Position numbers and translations under genes: made by a program | Source of the DNA: Candidatus Cloacimonadales bacterium | GTDB taxonomy: Bacteria > Cloacimonadota > Cloacimonadia > Cloacimonadales > JAIOQZ01 | Assembly (NCBI GenBank): GCA_963662655.2 | Contig: CAXXTU010000002.1 | Span: forward strand, 1,472,001-1,536,000 | Direction of reading: 5' to 3' | DNA length: 64,000 bases | Part shown: positions 47,273 through 59,660 of the stretch, piece by piece | How the letters are laid out: every line of letters starts with the position of its first letter | How positions within the stretch are numbered: the first letter of the stretch is position 1 | The notes under the pieces: generated by a model | Seen by the model: the letters and a program-made list of their open reading frames with translations, nothing else | Told to the model about the DNA's origin: nothing | The model's database searches: none

Positions 47273-49357
47273 ATGCAAAAAAGAGTCCAGATGTCCAACT
47301 ATTTCATGGAGACCCAGCATCATGAATGGATTCTAACGAATCGGCTTGGCGGCTATGCTTTGGGAACCGGCAATCTCGTGAACCAAAGAAAATACCACGG
47401 CCTGCTCGTTGCAGGATTCGACAATCTCGAGCGTCGTCATCTTGTGGAGAGTATGGAAGAGAAAATCGAGTGGCGCGGAGAGGAATTCTACCTGGATAGC
47501 AATAACTACAGCAACTGCATCTACCCGGAAGGATTCCTGCACCTGGTCAAATCATGGCTGCGCCCCTACCCCATCTTCCTCTATTCGACCGCGCACCACG
47601 ACGATGCGATCTTGATCCTGAAAGAAATCATGATGGACCGCGATTCGAACACGGTCATGATACGATACACCAATCTGGGGAACCATCAGCTCCACTTTCA
47701 ACTGCGCCCCAAGCTCTCCATGCGGGTTCACCATGACCTGAACGCGCCCGGAACATGGGACAGGGAACAGCTCAACACCATCATCGGCATGCAGGGCGAG
47801 AACTCGTTCACCACGTTCAGACCCGGCAACAAGATGGAGCTCAACGGATGCGCGCTTTCCGGCGATTTCCACTACGAGACCATCATCTACCGCGATGTGT
47901 ATTACCCCTGGGAGGTGATGCTCGGTTACAAGGGCACGGGCGACATGATCGCGCCGGTTCGGATCGATTTCGACCTCAAGGTGGGTGCGCATAACTGCAT
48001 CCTCTTCTGTAGCGAGCCCATCGAAAATCCCGCCGAGACGGTCGAGCACATCGAGAAATACTACGCCGATATCCCCAGGCCGTCCGATTACCCCGTTCGT
48101 GAAGCGGATAAAACCATCCTCGACAATCTCGACTACACCGATTCGGTACTCTTCCCGGACGAGGCGTACCGAAAGCTGCTGGCGATCGCCTACGACGACT
48201 TCATCCTGTCGGGAGACATCATCGCTGGATTCCCCTGGTTCGGAGCCTGGGGAAGGGATACCATGATCTCGCTCGAAGGTCTTTATCACACTCCGGAAGG
48301 CATGGAAAGAGCCTGGGACATCCTGAACCGCTACGGAAAACGAATCCGGCGGGGACTCCTGCCCAACGTCCTGCCCGAGTCGGGCGCGGAAGCGAACTAC
48401 GATTCCGTGGATGCCGCCCTGTGGTATGTGATACGTCTTTACGAGGTCGTCGAAAGAAAATCACGGATTGAGAGTACGAAGAAAGCGCAGAGGATTCTCT
48501 GGGAAACCGCCTTCGACTACGCGGATAAAATCGTGCAGGGATTCCTCAAACACAAATCGCATTATCAGATGCGCCCCGACGGCCTGGTGGAGCTCAAGAA
48601 GAACTTCGCCAACGCGACCTGGATGGACGCCAGAATCGAGGGAATCGAAGTTACGCCGCGGCACGGAGCGCCCATCGAGATCAACGGTTTATGGTACAAC
48701 GCGCTCAAGTGCTATCAAATCATGTACAACGAACTGCAAGCGCTCCTTCCGAAGAAAGAGCAATTCAAGCCCTCCTTCGATATCGACGAGTTGGCAACGC
48801 GCGTTCTCGAGGCATTCGGCCAGTTTTGGACCGGCGATTATCTAGCGGACAGGCTGGAAGGCGACAAGCGCATCGAAGACGTCCGGCCCAACGCTGTCAT
48901 CGCCTGCGGACTCCCCTTCGAGATCGTCGATCAGGAGCGGATGGAAGCCGTGTTCGAGAAAGCTCGCAAGGAGCTTTACACGGAGTACGGGCTCAGGACG
49001 CTTTCGCCGAAGGACTACCGCTTCAAGAAGAAATACATCGGTTCGCAGATCGACCGAGACAAGGCCTACCACCAGGGAACCGTGTGGGCCTGGCCGCTCG
49101 AGTATTACGCCAAGCTCTATGCGCGAATCAACAAAGACAAGCTCTCCCGGGAGGAATTGAACGCCGGCCTCGGCGAGATCATTCACAAATTTCGCAACGG
49201 CTTCAAGCGCGGGCACATCGCCTCGGTGGCCGAGGTGTGGGACGGCAGCAAGCCACATTTCCCCAAGGGATGCCCTGCGCAAGCATGGAGCGTTGCGGCG
49301 ATTTATAACGTAGAAATGATGATCGCAAACAATAACGACGAAAAGGACGCCCGATGA
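47273..49357 (+). CDS. Glycogen debranching enzyme (amylo-alpha-1,6-glucosidase, GH133-like)
   Basis: 'EWILTNRLGGYA', 'RKYHGLL', 'AGFPWFGAWGRDT', 'TWMDA', 'YHQGTVW', 'GCPAQAWS'. Confidence 0.92.
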   Translation: MQKRVQMSNYFMETQHHEWILTNRLGGYALGTGNLVNQRKYHGLLVAGFDNLERRHLVESMEEKIEWRGEEFYLDSNNYSNCIYPEGFLHLVKSWLRPYPIFLYSTAHHDDAILILKEIMMDRDSNTVMIRYTNLGNHQLHFQLRPKLSMRVHHDLNAPGTWDREQLNTIIGMQGENSFTTFRPGNKMELNGCALSGDFHYETIIYRDVYYPWEVMLGYKGTGDMIAPVRIDFDLKVGAHNCILFCSEPIENPAETVEHIEKYYADIPRPSDYPVREADKTILDNLDYTDSVLFPDEAYRKLLAIAYDDFILSGDIIAGFPWFGAWGRDTMISLEGLYHTPEGMERAWDILNRYGKRIRRGLLPNVLPESGAEANYDSVDAALWYVIRLYEVVERKSRIESTKKAQRILWETAFDYADKIVQGFLKHKSHYQMRPDGLVELKKNFANATWMDARIEGIEVTPRHGAPIEINGLWYNALKCYQIMYNELQALLPKKEQFKPSFDIDELATRVLEAFGQFWTGDYLADRLEGDKRIEDVRPNAVIACGLPFEIVDQERMEAVFEKARKELYTEYGLRTLSPKDYRFKKKYIGSQIDRDKAYHQGTVWAWPLEYYAKLYARINKDKLSREELNAGLGEIIHKFRNGFKRGHIASVAEVWDGSKPHFPKGCPAQAWSVAAIYNVEMMIANNNDEKDAR

Positions 49358-50697
49358 GAATCCTGATGTACACCTGGGAATTCCCGCCATTGATCGCCGG
49401 CGGACTTGGAATGGCATGCTACGGCATGGTCAAAGCGCTTCTGAAGCAGGACGTGGCAATTGACATGGTGATTCCCACGCGGGAAGCGGTTTACTTCCCT
49501 CTGCGAAAACCGGAGGACGTCGACTCATTGCCTGTGGTATTCCTGGATAAACACAAACAGACCGATTACGATTCGAGGACCTTCGACGATCCGAACGAAC
49601 GTTTCAAATACATTGGAATCACCGAATCGCCGGAAACCTACAAGCAAGTCGACGAGATCAGCGAGACCATCAAGAAGGCTGTGGATGAGGAAAAAATGGA
49701 AGCCGAAACGGAACCCGAGAAACACGGGTATGACGACATTTGGGACAACATCGCCCACCACCTGATGGGGGCCGACGACATCTTCAAGCGCGTTCAGGAA
49801 TTCACGCTTCGGGCGGAAAGGTTCGCCAAGATTCTCGAATACGACGCCATCCACGCGCACGACTGGCTTTGCTATCCTTCGGGCATGATTGCCCGTAAGA
49901 TATCGGGAAAACCGTTGGTTGCCCACATGCACGCCACCGAGTTCGACCGCGCGGGGGGGCCCGGGAACCCCAACGTTCACAACATTGAGTTCACTGGCAT
50001 GACCTATTCCGATTACGTCATCGCGGTTTCCCAATACACAGCGGAGATGGTTATCTCCCGCTACCGGATCGACACCGGTAAAATCCGCATCGTTCACAAC
50101 GCCTACATCGTCGAGGACGACATCGAGCACTGCGAGAAGCGCCTCTTCAAGGGTACGACAATCCTTTTCTTGGGACGCATCACCCTGCAAAAGGGACCCG
50201 AGTTTTTCCTCGATGTCGCCAAGAGCGTTCTGGAGAAACACCCCGACGCACGTTTCATCATGGCCGGAAGCGGGGACATGGCGCGCAAAATCATTCACCG
50301 CTCCGCGTTCCTCAAGCTGCGCAACCGCTTCCTCTTCACAGGATTCCTCAATCGCAAAGAAGTGGACGAGATTCTCAAGATGTCGGACATCTACATGCTT
50401 CCCTCCATCTCGGAGCCATTCGGAATCGCGCCGCTGGAGGCGATGGCCTACGGCGTTACGGCGATTATTTCCAAGCAGTCGGGCGTCTCGGAGGTTGTCG
50501 AGAACGCCTATAAAATCGATTTCTGGGATGTCCCGAAGATGGTCAAGACCATCAACGACCTGATCGAGCATCCGGCGAAGCGAAAGAAAATGGGTATCGC
50601 CGGGATGAACGAAGTCCATCAGATTCAGTGGGACGACGCCGCGACCAAGATCAAAGACGTCTACCAGGAAGCCATCGACGAATACATGCAGGAATAA
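49354..50697 (+). CDS. GT4 glycosyltransferase (glycogen-synthase-like)
   Basis: 'WEFPP..AGGLG', 'HAHDW', 'HATEFDR', 'EPFGIAPLEA'. Confidence 0.9.
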   Translation: MRILMYTWEFPPLIAGGLGMACYGMVKALLKQDVAIDMVIPTREAVYFPLRKPEDVDSLPVVFLDKHKQTDYDSRTFDDPNERFKYIGITESPETYKQVDEISETIKKAVDEEKMEAETEPEKHGYDDIWDNIAHHLMGADDIFKRVQEFTLRAERFAKILEYDAIHAHDWLCYPSGMIARKISGKPLVAHMHATEFDRAGGPGNPNVHNIEFTGMTYSDYVIAVSQYTAEMVISRYRIDTGKIRIVHNAYIVEDDIEHCEKRLFKGTTILFLGRITLQKGPEFFLDVAKSVLEKHPDARFIMAGSGDMARKIIHRSAFLKLRNRFLFTGFLNRKEVDEILKMSDIYMLPSISEPFGIAPLEAMAYGVTAIISKQSGVSEVVENAYKIDFWDVPKMVKTINDLIEHPAKRKKMGIAGMNEVHQIQWDDAATKIKDVYQEAIDEYMQE

Positions 50698-50708
50698 AGG
50701 ATCCATCT

Positions 50709-51938
50709 ATGTTGAACATCGTTTTTTACTTTCAGGTGCACCAGCCCTATCGACTCCGCCACTTGAACATCCTCAACGCGCGTTCCGCCAGCGATTATTT
50801 CGACAATGGCCTCGATCAGATCGTGATGCAGAGGGTCGCCGAGCGCTGTTACCTTCCGGCGAACCAGCTCATGCTGAAGCAGCTCCGCCGGTTCCACGGC
50901 AAGTTCAAAATCGCTTATTCCATCACCGGCTGCGCCATCGAGCAGATGAAGCTCTACGCGCCCGAGGTTCTGGATTCCTTCCACGCGCTGATGGATACGG
51001 GGCACGTGGAGATGATCGGCGAAACCTACTATCATTCCCTCTCCAGCCTCTACGACATCGATGAATTCCTCGAGCAGGTCCAGCAGCACAAGAAGCTCCT
51101 GAGGGAAGAATTCGGAATCACGCCCACCGTATTCCGCAACACGGAGCTCATCTACGACGACATGCTCTCCAACCTCATCTTCGAAGAGGAAGGCTACAAG
51201 GTCATCCTGACTGAGGGCGCCGACCGTATTCTCCGCTGGAGGAAGCCGCTGCACGCCTACAAGAATTTCACCAAGGACATCTTCCTGCTGCTCAAACACT
51301 ACAAGCTCTCCGACGACATCGCGTTCCGCTTCTCCGACCCCCAGTGGGACGAGTACCCCCTTACAGCGGAGAAATTCGTGCACTGGATCAACCAGCTTAC
51401 CCTCAGCGAGCAGGATGGCAAAAACCAGTTCCTGAACATCTTCATCGATTACGAAACCTTCGGTGAGCACCAGTGGGCGGAAAGCGGTATCTTCAAATTC
51501 ATGGAGAAGCTGCCGGAAACCGTATTGGTTCAACCGAACCTGGGATTCTGCTTCCCGTCGGAGGTGGAGAAATTCACCAACTACCAGCCGGAAAGTATCA
51601 CCGTGCCCGAGCCGGTATCCTGGGCCGACCTCGACCGCGACATCTCGGCATGGGTCGAGAACGACATGCAAACCAACGCGATCGAATCGCTCTACGAGCT
51701 CATCCATAAAATCAAGCAGGCCAATCGAACCGACCTCCTGCGCACGGCAAGGCTGCTTTCGACTTCGGATCACTTCTACTATATGTCCACCAAGTATTTC
51801 CAGGACGGTGACGTACACAAGTACTTCTCGCCTTACGATTCTCCGGAGCAAGCCTACATCTATTACATCAACGCGCTTGCCGACCTCGAAGAGAAGCTGC
51901 ATGAAGAACCCGTTAAAGTGGAGGAGCATAGCGATTGA
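50709..51938 (+). CDS. GH57 alpha-amylase
   Basis: 'YFQVHQPYRL', 'ETYYHSL', 'FRNTELIY', 'LSDDIAFRFS', 'DYETFGEHQ', 'SDHFYYM'. Confidence 0.93.
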   Translation: MLNIVFYFQVHQPYRLRHLNILNARSASDYFDNGLDQIVMQRVAERCYLPANQLMLKQLRRFHGKFKIAYSITGCAIEQMKLYAPEVLDSFHALMDTGHVEMIGETYYHSLSSLYDIDEFLEQVQQHKKLLREEFGITPTVFRNTELIYDDMLSNLIFEEEGYKVILTEGADRILRWRKPLHAYKNFTKDIFLLLKHYKLSDDIAFRFSDPQWDEYPLTAEKFVHWINQLTLSEQDGKNQFLNIFIDYETFGEHQWAESGIFKFMEKLPETVLVQPNLGFCFPSEVEKFTNYQPESITVPEPVSWADLDRDISAWVENDMQTNAIESLYELIHKIKQANRTDLLRTARLLSTSDHFYYMSTKYFQDGDVHKYFSPYDSPEQAYIYYINALADLEEKLHEEPVKVEEHSD

Positions 51939-52128
51939 AATTGTTTCATCCCGCTTTTTTCTTTAAATTGGAACAAAAATCGTTAATCATGGTTTCATGT
52001 ACAGGAGACTTTATCCTGGAAATTCACTGTCTCTCCGATCGCTGGCTGTGGATCATTAAAATAACGGTTGACGCTACGGATTAATCGGCGAATATTCGCT
52101 CTACTTACTTGAAAGGTGTATTTTATCT

Positions 52129-54168
52129 ATGATAAAAAAGATTACGTGGGTTGTGTCACTGGTGATATTTCTCAGCGGGATTTGGGCAATCGAGATCGAT
52201 TTCATCCCCAATCCCGGCTCCCCCGATATCCAATTGAGAACGCATGCCGATGTCTACTATCACGATGAATCGGACGATCAGCACTGGTACGGGGCGGATC
52301 GATGGGCCGTCTATTTCGATGTGCCGAGTTACTTCTCCGGAACGGATTCCATAACCATCGTTCCCCATGAAGTGGTGTTTTACTGCCCGACGGACATGGA
52401 CAACAATTCCGTGACTTTTACGCTGTGCGCCAACGGCGACAACAATCAACCCGACGAATCGAATGTGTACGGACAGACGGTACTGGACGGAAACCTGTAC
52501 GGATGGCAAACCGTTCCCATTCCGGATTCGGCTTCGGAACTTGTCGATTTCTGGATTGTCATGGACTACGAAACAAACAACTATCCATCCAACCCCGAGC
52601 TGAGTTCGTACGTATCGGCAAGCTCCGGTGGCGGGGTTAACAGCTACTATTGGGATCCCGATTACGGCTCGAACGGATGGTTCCAGAACATGGATGCCAT
52701 GGGCTTTGCCAGCGAGTTTCTTATCGGCGTTAACGGTACCATGCATTTCCCGGTGGTTTATCGCGATCTCGAAGTCAACAGCATCGGAATCCAGGGAGTT
52801 TCCGCTCCACTGAGTACGATAACCCCCTGCTGGACCTTGACCAATCATTCAGCCGTGGCCATCGAGGACATCTCGTTGCATTATACCATTGTTGCACCCG
52901 ACAGCTTTCCCGATCCCCAACCGGATGTAACGATGGACCCATTCACTATCGCGGCGGGTGAAACGATCGATGCAATGGGAATCGGCTACAGAATCAGGGA
53001 TCAACGTTCCCAGTTCCGCTACACCGTTACCGTCTCGTATCCGGTGGATTCTCTGGATGTGAACTCGTCGAACAACACGAAAACCATGCTTTTCGATACG
53101 TTCACGACTCCGGGGAACAACGTTCTCATCGAGAATTTCCTTCAGGGCTCCAATTCCGTAGCGAATACGATTTGGGATGTTGAGACGGAGACCGTTCCGC
53201 AAGACAGCGTTTACATCCTCAACTATTTCCCGGATATTTCGGACAGCATGCTCTACACCCCGGAAGCGCTGACGCGTTACAACCATTACGAGATGCTCGG
53301 ATACCCGAGCGCCATCGTGCATGGACGAAATAAAATAACTGGATTCTCCGGTAACGATAACTTCGCGGACTCCCTGTCTTCATACTACAGTGAAGCCTCG
53401 GAGCAAACAACCTTCTTCCTGCCGACTCGCTGGAGCGTCTCAACCTGGGAAAGCGGCGACTACATCTGCTACGCCCAGTTCAACAATCAGGATGCCTATG
53501 TGTTCTCCACGTATCTACAGAACCTGAAGTTTTATGCGGCGCTTGTCGAGGAGGGTATCTCCTGGAACGACACAACAATCCCCGGCTACACATTCATCGA
53601 ATTTTTCCCAACCGCGGAAGGCGTTGTGGGCGCGGCGAGCATCGATATGACCTACGGTGAAACCGCATCCTATAATTTCGCGTTCAACATCAACAACATC
53701 GACGCTATACAGGACACAACGGCGAGTTTCGAGAAGCTGTCCGTCCTTTGCTTCTTCCAGTTCGAATCGACGCTATGGAATAAGAAGAACCGCATGGAGT
53801 ATGCCATGCTGGTTCCGTTGTCTTCATTGATCGATCAGGCGGTTGGCGTTCATGACGAGACGGCCGCGTTTGTTCCGAATGTTCAAATCTATCCCAATCC
53901 TTTCAGGGCCGGGCAGTCTGTGCAGATCAGGATGTCCGGGAGCAAATCACGAAGCATCAATCAGATCACGGTGGATGTGTATAACATCAGAGGACAAAAG
54001 GTTCGGCGGATCGTCAGAGAAGGGGAGGAACTCACGAAAGACCTTTTCTGGGATGGCCGCAACCAGCGCGGATCCATTGTTTCATCCGGCGTTTATCTGA
54101 TGCGCATCCAAACCAGATCAAACCAGGCAACGGAAGTCATACACAAAAACTGCCTTCTTATCAAATAA
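52129..54168 (+). CDS. Secreted protein with an Ig/CARDB-like region, a degenerate Omp28-like domain and a FlgD-Ig/T9SS-like tail
   Basis: Signal peptide, 'NVLIENF...YNHYEMLGYPSAIVHG...YAALVEE...VLCFFQ', and 'YPNPFR...YNIRGQKV...SSGVYLMR...LLIK'. Confidence 0.7.
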   Translation: MIKKITWVVSLVIFLSGIWAIEIDFIPNPGSPDIQLRTHADVYYHDESDDQHWYGADRWAVYFDVPSYFSGTDSITIVPHEVVFYCPTDMDNNSVTFTLCANGDNNQPDESNVYGQTVLDGNLYGWQTVPIPDSASELVDFWIVMDYETNNYPSNPELSSYVSASSGGGVNSYYWDPDYGSNGWFQNMDAMGFASEFLIGVNGTMHFPVVYRDLEVNSIGIQGVSAPLSTITPCWTLTNHSAVAIEDISLHYTIVAPDSFPDPQPDVTMDPFTIAAGETIDAMGIGYRIRDQRSQFRYTVTVSYPVDSLDVNSSNNTKTMLFDTFTTPGNNVLIENFLQGSNSVANTIWDVETETVPQDSVYILNYFPDISDSMLYTPEALTRYNHYEMLGYPSAIVHGRNKITGFSGNDNFADSLSSYYSEASEQTTFFLPTRWSVSTWESGDYICYAQFNNQDAYVFSTYLQNLKFYAALVEEGISWNDTTIPGYTFIEFFPTAEGVVGAASIDMTYGETASYNFAFNINNIDAIQDTTASFEKLSVLCFFQFESTLWNKKNRMEYAMLVPLSSLIDQAVGVHDETAAFVPNVQIYPNPFRAGQSVQIRMSGSKSRSINQITVDVYNIRGQKVRRIVREGEELTKDLFWDGRNQRGSIVSSGVYLMRIQTRSNQATEVIHKNCLLIK

Positions 54169-54190
54169 ACGGCAGTGAAAGCGATAGCGT

Positions 54191-55243
54191 TTGAGAACCA
54201 AGACCATATTCGATCGCACATTTCTTGAGCTTACCGGCGTGCTCCACGTGCACACCGCGTATTCGTTCGACTGCGATGTATCCATCGCACGGATCATGCG
54301 GGGCGCAAAGCGTGCACGCGTCGATTTCTTCATGATCAACGACCACCACACGTTTGAAGCGAAGCGCGATCCGGACGTCGTCAACGAGAAGGATATCATC
54401 GTGCTCACGGGCGCAGAGGTGAACGATCCTTCCGGCAATAACCACTATCTCGTATTCGGCTCGGACAACGTTCACACGAAGATTCCCGCGTCGGACTACA
54501 TGCAGCGTTACGCCGACGAGGGCGTTCACGGCTTCATCGCTCACCCACTCGAAAGGCGCAGGACGAAGAGATACCGCAAATACCTGTGGTTGGAAAAGAA
54601 CGTTTCCAACGCTGCCGGTTTGGAGATATGGAACTTCACCTCCAGTTGGATCGGGAAGCTCATTCCCAGCCTGAACCCGATTCCCATGCTGATGTTCCCG
54701 GGATTCTACGTGCGCAAGCCACTGCCGGAGAATCTTAAGCTCTGGGACAAATGGAATCTCGAGGGCCTGCGGATGACCGGCATCGGTTCCGCCGATGTCC
54801 ACGGAACACGTATGAAGCTTCCCGGACTCAAGTTCAGGGTGCTCCCCCACCGCAGATTGATGAAGAAACTGAGAACGAACGTACTTCTCACCGAAGGCAC
54901 AACACCGAATCCGACGAATATCTATAAAGCGCTGGAAGATGGACGCTGCTATGCGGTGAACTATGGCGTGGGCGATCCGTTCGGTTTCTATGCCGGGATC
55001 GTTGACGAGCACGGCAAGGGAGCCGTTTCGGGAGAGGACATCGCACTCAAGGCTAAGTTGACGCTCTATTTCAATCTGCCGATGAGTTCCAGGGTCGTTT
55101 TGATCCACAATGGGAAGAAAATCGCGCAGTGGCGGGATCAGCGAGGCAATTATGCAATAACGAAACCCGGTTTCTATCGGTTGGAGATATCGAGATTCGG
55201 AACCGGCTGGATTTACACGAATCCAATTTACGTAAACCAATAG
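54191..55243 (+). CDS. PHP-domain metallohydrolase
   Basis: 'GVLHVHTAYSFD', 'NDHH', 'GAEV', 'AHP', 'GSADVH'. TTG start. Confidence 0.8.
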   Translation: MRTKTIFDRTFLELTGVLHVHTAYSFDCDVSIARIMRGAKRARVDFFMINDHHTFEAKRDPDVVNEKDIIVLTGAEVNDPSGNNHYLVFGSDNVHTKIPASDYMQRYADEGVHGFIAHPLERRRTKRYRKYLWLEKNVSNAAGLEIWNFTSSWIGKLIPSLNPIPMLMFPGFYVRKPLPENLKLWDKWNLEGLRMTGIGSADVHGTRMKLPGLKFRVLPHRRLMKKLRTNVLLTEGTTPNPTNIYKALEDGRCYAVNYGVGDPFGFYAGIVDEHGKGAVSGEDIALKAKLTLYFNLPMSSRVVLIHNGKKIAQWRDQRGNYAITKPGFYRLEISRFGTGWIYTNPIYVNQ

Positions 55244-55257
55244 ATGAAAGGCATATC

Positions 55258-56202
55258 ATGGAAAAGATTTATGTGCAGGACCTGCACCATTATCTGAACG
55301 AAGAGATCGTCAGTTACTTTTTGGTGACGCAGAAAGAGCTGAGGGACGGCAAAAGAGATCAATTCATCCGCATGCGACTTACCGATAAGACAGGGAATAT
55401 CGCTGCGAATATTTGGAGCAATGTGAAGCAGCTCAAGGACCTGTTCAAGGAAGGCGATATCGTGAAGGTTAAAGGCATTGTCATCTCCTACAAGGAGCAA
55501 AGCCAGGTTACGGTGAACAATATCAGGCGAGCCAAAGAGGACGAGTACGACATCTCTGAGTTCGTCCCCAAGACGACAAAGGACATCAAGGTTCTCTCGG
55601 ACGCGCTGTTTCATTACATCGACAACGTGAACGACGAATACATCAAGCAGCTTCTGGAAAGCATTTTCGGCGATAAGGAGTACTTCTCGAAATTCTCGCA
55701 GGCTCCCGCAGCAAAGAGCTGGCACCACAACTACGTGGGCGGGCTCCTGGAGCATACCGTGTCCGTTACGAAAATCTGCGACTTCGCATCCCACATGTAC
55801 CCGGTACAGAAGGATATCCTCATTGCCGGAGCCATGCTCCACGACTCTGGGAAGGTGTACGAATACAGCGTCAAACCGTCGATCGAGTTCACACCGATCG
55901 GGCGGTTGGTCGGGCATATCTGCCTTGCGGACGAGATGGTTTGTAAAAAGGCGGCTGAGATCAACAATTTCCCTGACAACATACTGCTGAAGATCAGGCA
56001 TTTGATACTGTCCCACCACGGCGAGTATGAAAAGGCTTCCGCGAGGCTTCCTCAGATGCTCGAGGCGGTCGTGCTGCATTTCGCGGACAACCTCGACGCA
56101 CAAACGGTTGGCGTGAATCAGCTTGTGGAAAGCGCCCTGAAATCGGATTCTGAGTGGACTGAATTCGATAGGATCAACAACAGGTATTTCTATATAGGTT
56201 GA
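55258..56202 (+). CDS. yhaM: 3'-5' exoribonuclease YhaM family (OB + HD)
   Basis: OB fold 'LTDKTG', 'PAAKSWHHNYVGGLLEH', 'LHDSGK', 'LSHHG', 'AD'. Confidence 0.9.
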   Translation: MEKIYVQDLHHYLNEEIVSYFLVTQKELRDGKRDQFIRMRLTDKTGNIAANIWSNVKQLKDLFKEGDIVKVKGIVISYKEQSQVTVNNIRRAKEDEYDISEFVPKTTKDIKVLSDALFHYIDNVNDEYIKQLLESIFGDKEYFSKFSQAPAAKSWHHNYVGGLLEHTVSVTKICDFASHMYPVQKDILIAGAMLHDSGKVYEYSVKPSIEFTPIGRLVGHICLADEMVCKKAAEINNFPDNILLKIRHLILSHHGEYEKASARLPQMLEAVVLHFADNLDAQTVGVNQLVESALKSDSEWTEFDRINNRYFYIG

Positions 56203-56203
56203 T

Positions 56204-56983
56204 ATGTTTCAAACCACCGTACTCGCCAGCGGAAGCAAGGGCAACGCGATCCTGATCCGAACCGCGCAGACGAAGCTGCTTCTGGACGCGGGGCTTTCCG
56301 GCAAGCGCATTCTCGGATTCCTCGATGAAGTCGGCCTGAATCCGCTGCATATTCAAGGGATCATCCTGAGTCACGAGCATAGCGACCACAGCTATGGGGT
56401 CGGTGTGATGTGCCGCAAGCTGAATATCCCGCTCTACGCAACGCGTTCCACGTTCAGCGTGTGCAGCGGTAAACTGGGCAAGCTTCCCGTCGGCGTTCAT
56501 CACTTCGAACCGGGAACGACGTTTTCAATCCGCGATCTGGAAATCCACCCCTTCAGTTCGTCGCATGACGCGGTGGACTCCTGCAACTTCACCTTCACCA
56601 ATCCGGAGGGGAAGAAGCTGGCCGTTGTCACGGACGCGGGGTATCCGACCAAGTTGATGATCGAGAAGATCAAGTGCGCGTCCACGCTGATTCTGGAATC
56701 GAACCACGATGTAAAGATGCTTCTGGACGGGCCTTATCCTTGGGACTTGAAGCAGCGCGTTAGAAGCAGGCAGGGGCACCTTTCCAACGAGCAGGCAGTG
56801 GGGGTCGTGAACCAGGTTTTGCATGCGGAGATGAAAAATCTGATTCTTGCCCACCTCAGCGAAACGAACAACACGCCCGAGCTTGCCAGAAAGTCGATGG
56901 AAGAGTTTCTTAGCGAGATCAGGCACCCTGTTAAGCTATATGTGGCCTTGCAGGATCGGCCAACCGAGTTGGTTGAAGTTTGA
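56204..56983 (+). CDS. MBL-fold metallohydrolase (YycJ/WalJ-like)
   Basis: 'LASGSKGN', 'SHEHSDH', 'ESNHD', 'GHLSN', 'AHLSETNN'. Confidence 0.92.
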   Translation: MFQTTVLASGSKGNAILIRTAQTKLLLDAGLSGKRILGFLDEVGLNPLHIQGIILSHEHSDHSYGVGVMCRKLNIPLYATRSTFSVCSGKLGKLPVGVHHFEPGTTFSIRDLEIHPFSSSHDAVDSCNFTFTNPEGKKLAVVTDAGYPTKLMIEKIKCASTLILESNHDVKMLLDGPYPWDLKQRVRSRQGHLSNEQAVGVVNQVLHAEMKNLILAHLSETNNTPELARKSMEEFLSEIRHPVKLYVALQDRPTELVEV

Positions 56984-56995
56984 CAAAGATGTTGC

Positions 56996-57124
56996 TCCGG
57001 GGCACCTTCGCCCGATCCGCATTTCCGACGGGATACACCACGGCTCCGAAAGGAAGGAGATATTGAAATGCTCCGCCGTGAAACACCCCGCCGGAAATGC
57101 GGATCGAACGAATCTGCCTCCGGA
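56996..57124 (-). repeat. Long rod-like structured element (copy 2 of the family at 34063-34256, opposite orientation)
   Basis: A perfect 15-bp stem (57013-57027 / 57092-57106) inside a longer rod with two apical hairpins. Shares four boxes with copy 1. Confidence 0.65.
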
Positions 57125-57170
57125 TCGAAAATTTTACAGATAATGAACGGATAAGAGACAAGGAGTTGAG

Positions 57171-59628
<2,458 letters not shown>

Positions 59629-59660
59629 GAACTGAATAAGATTTTGGAAAGGAGCGAAAA

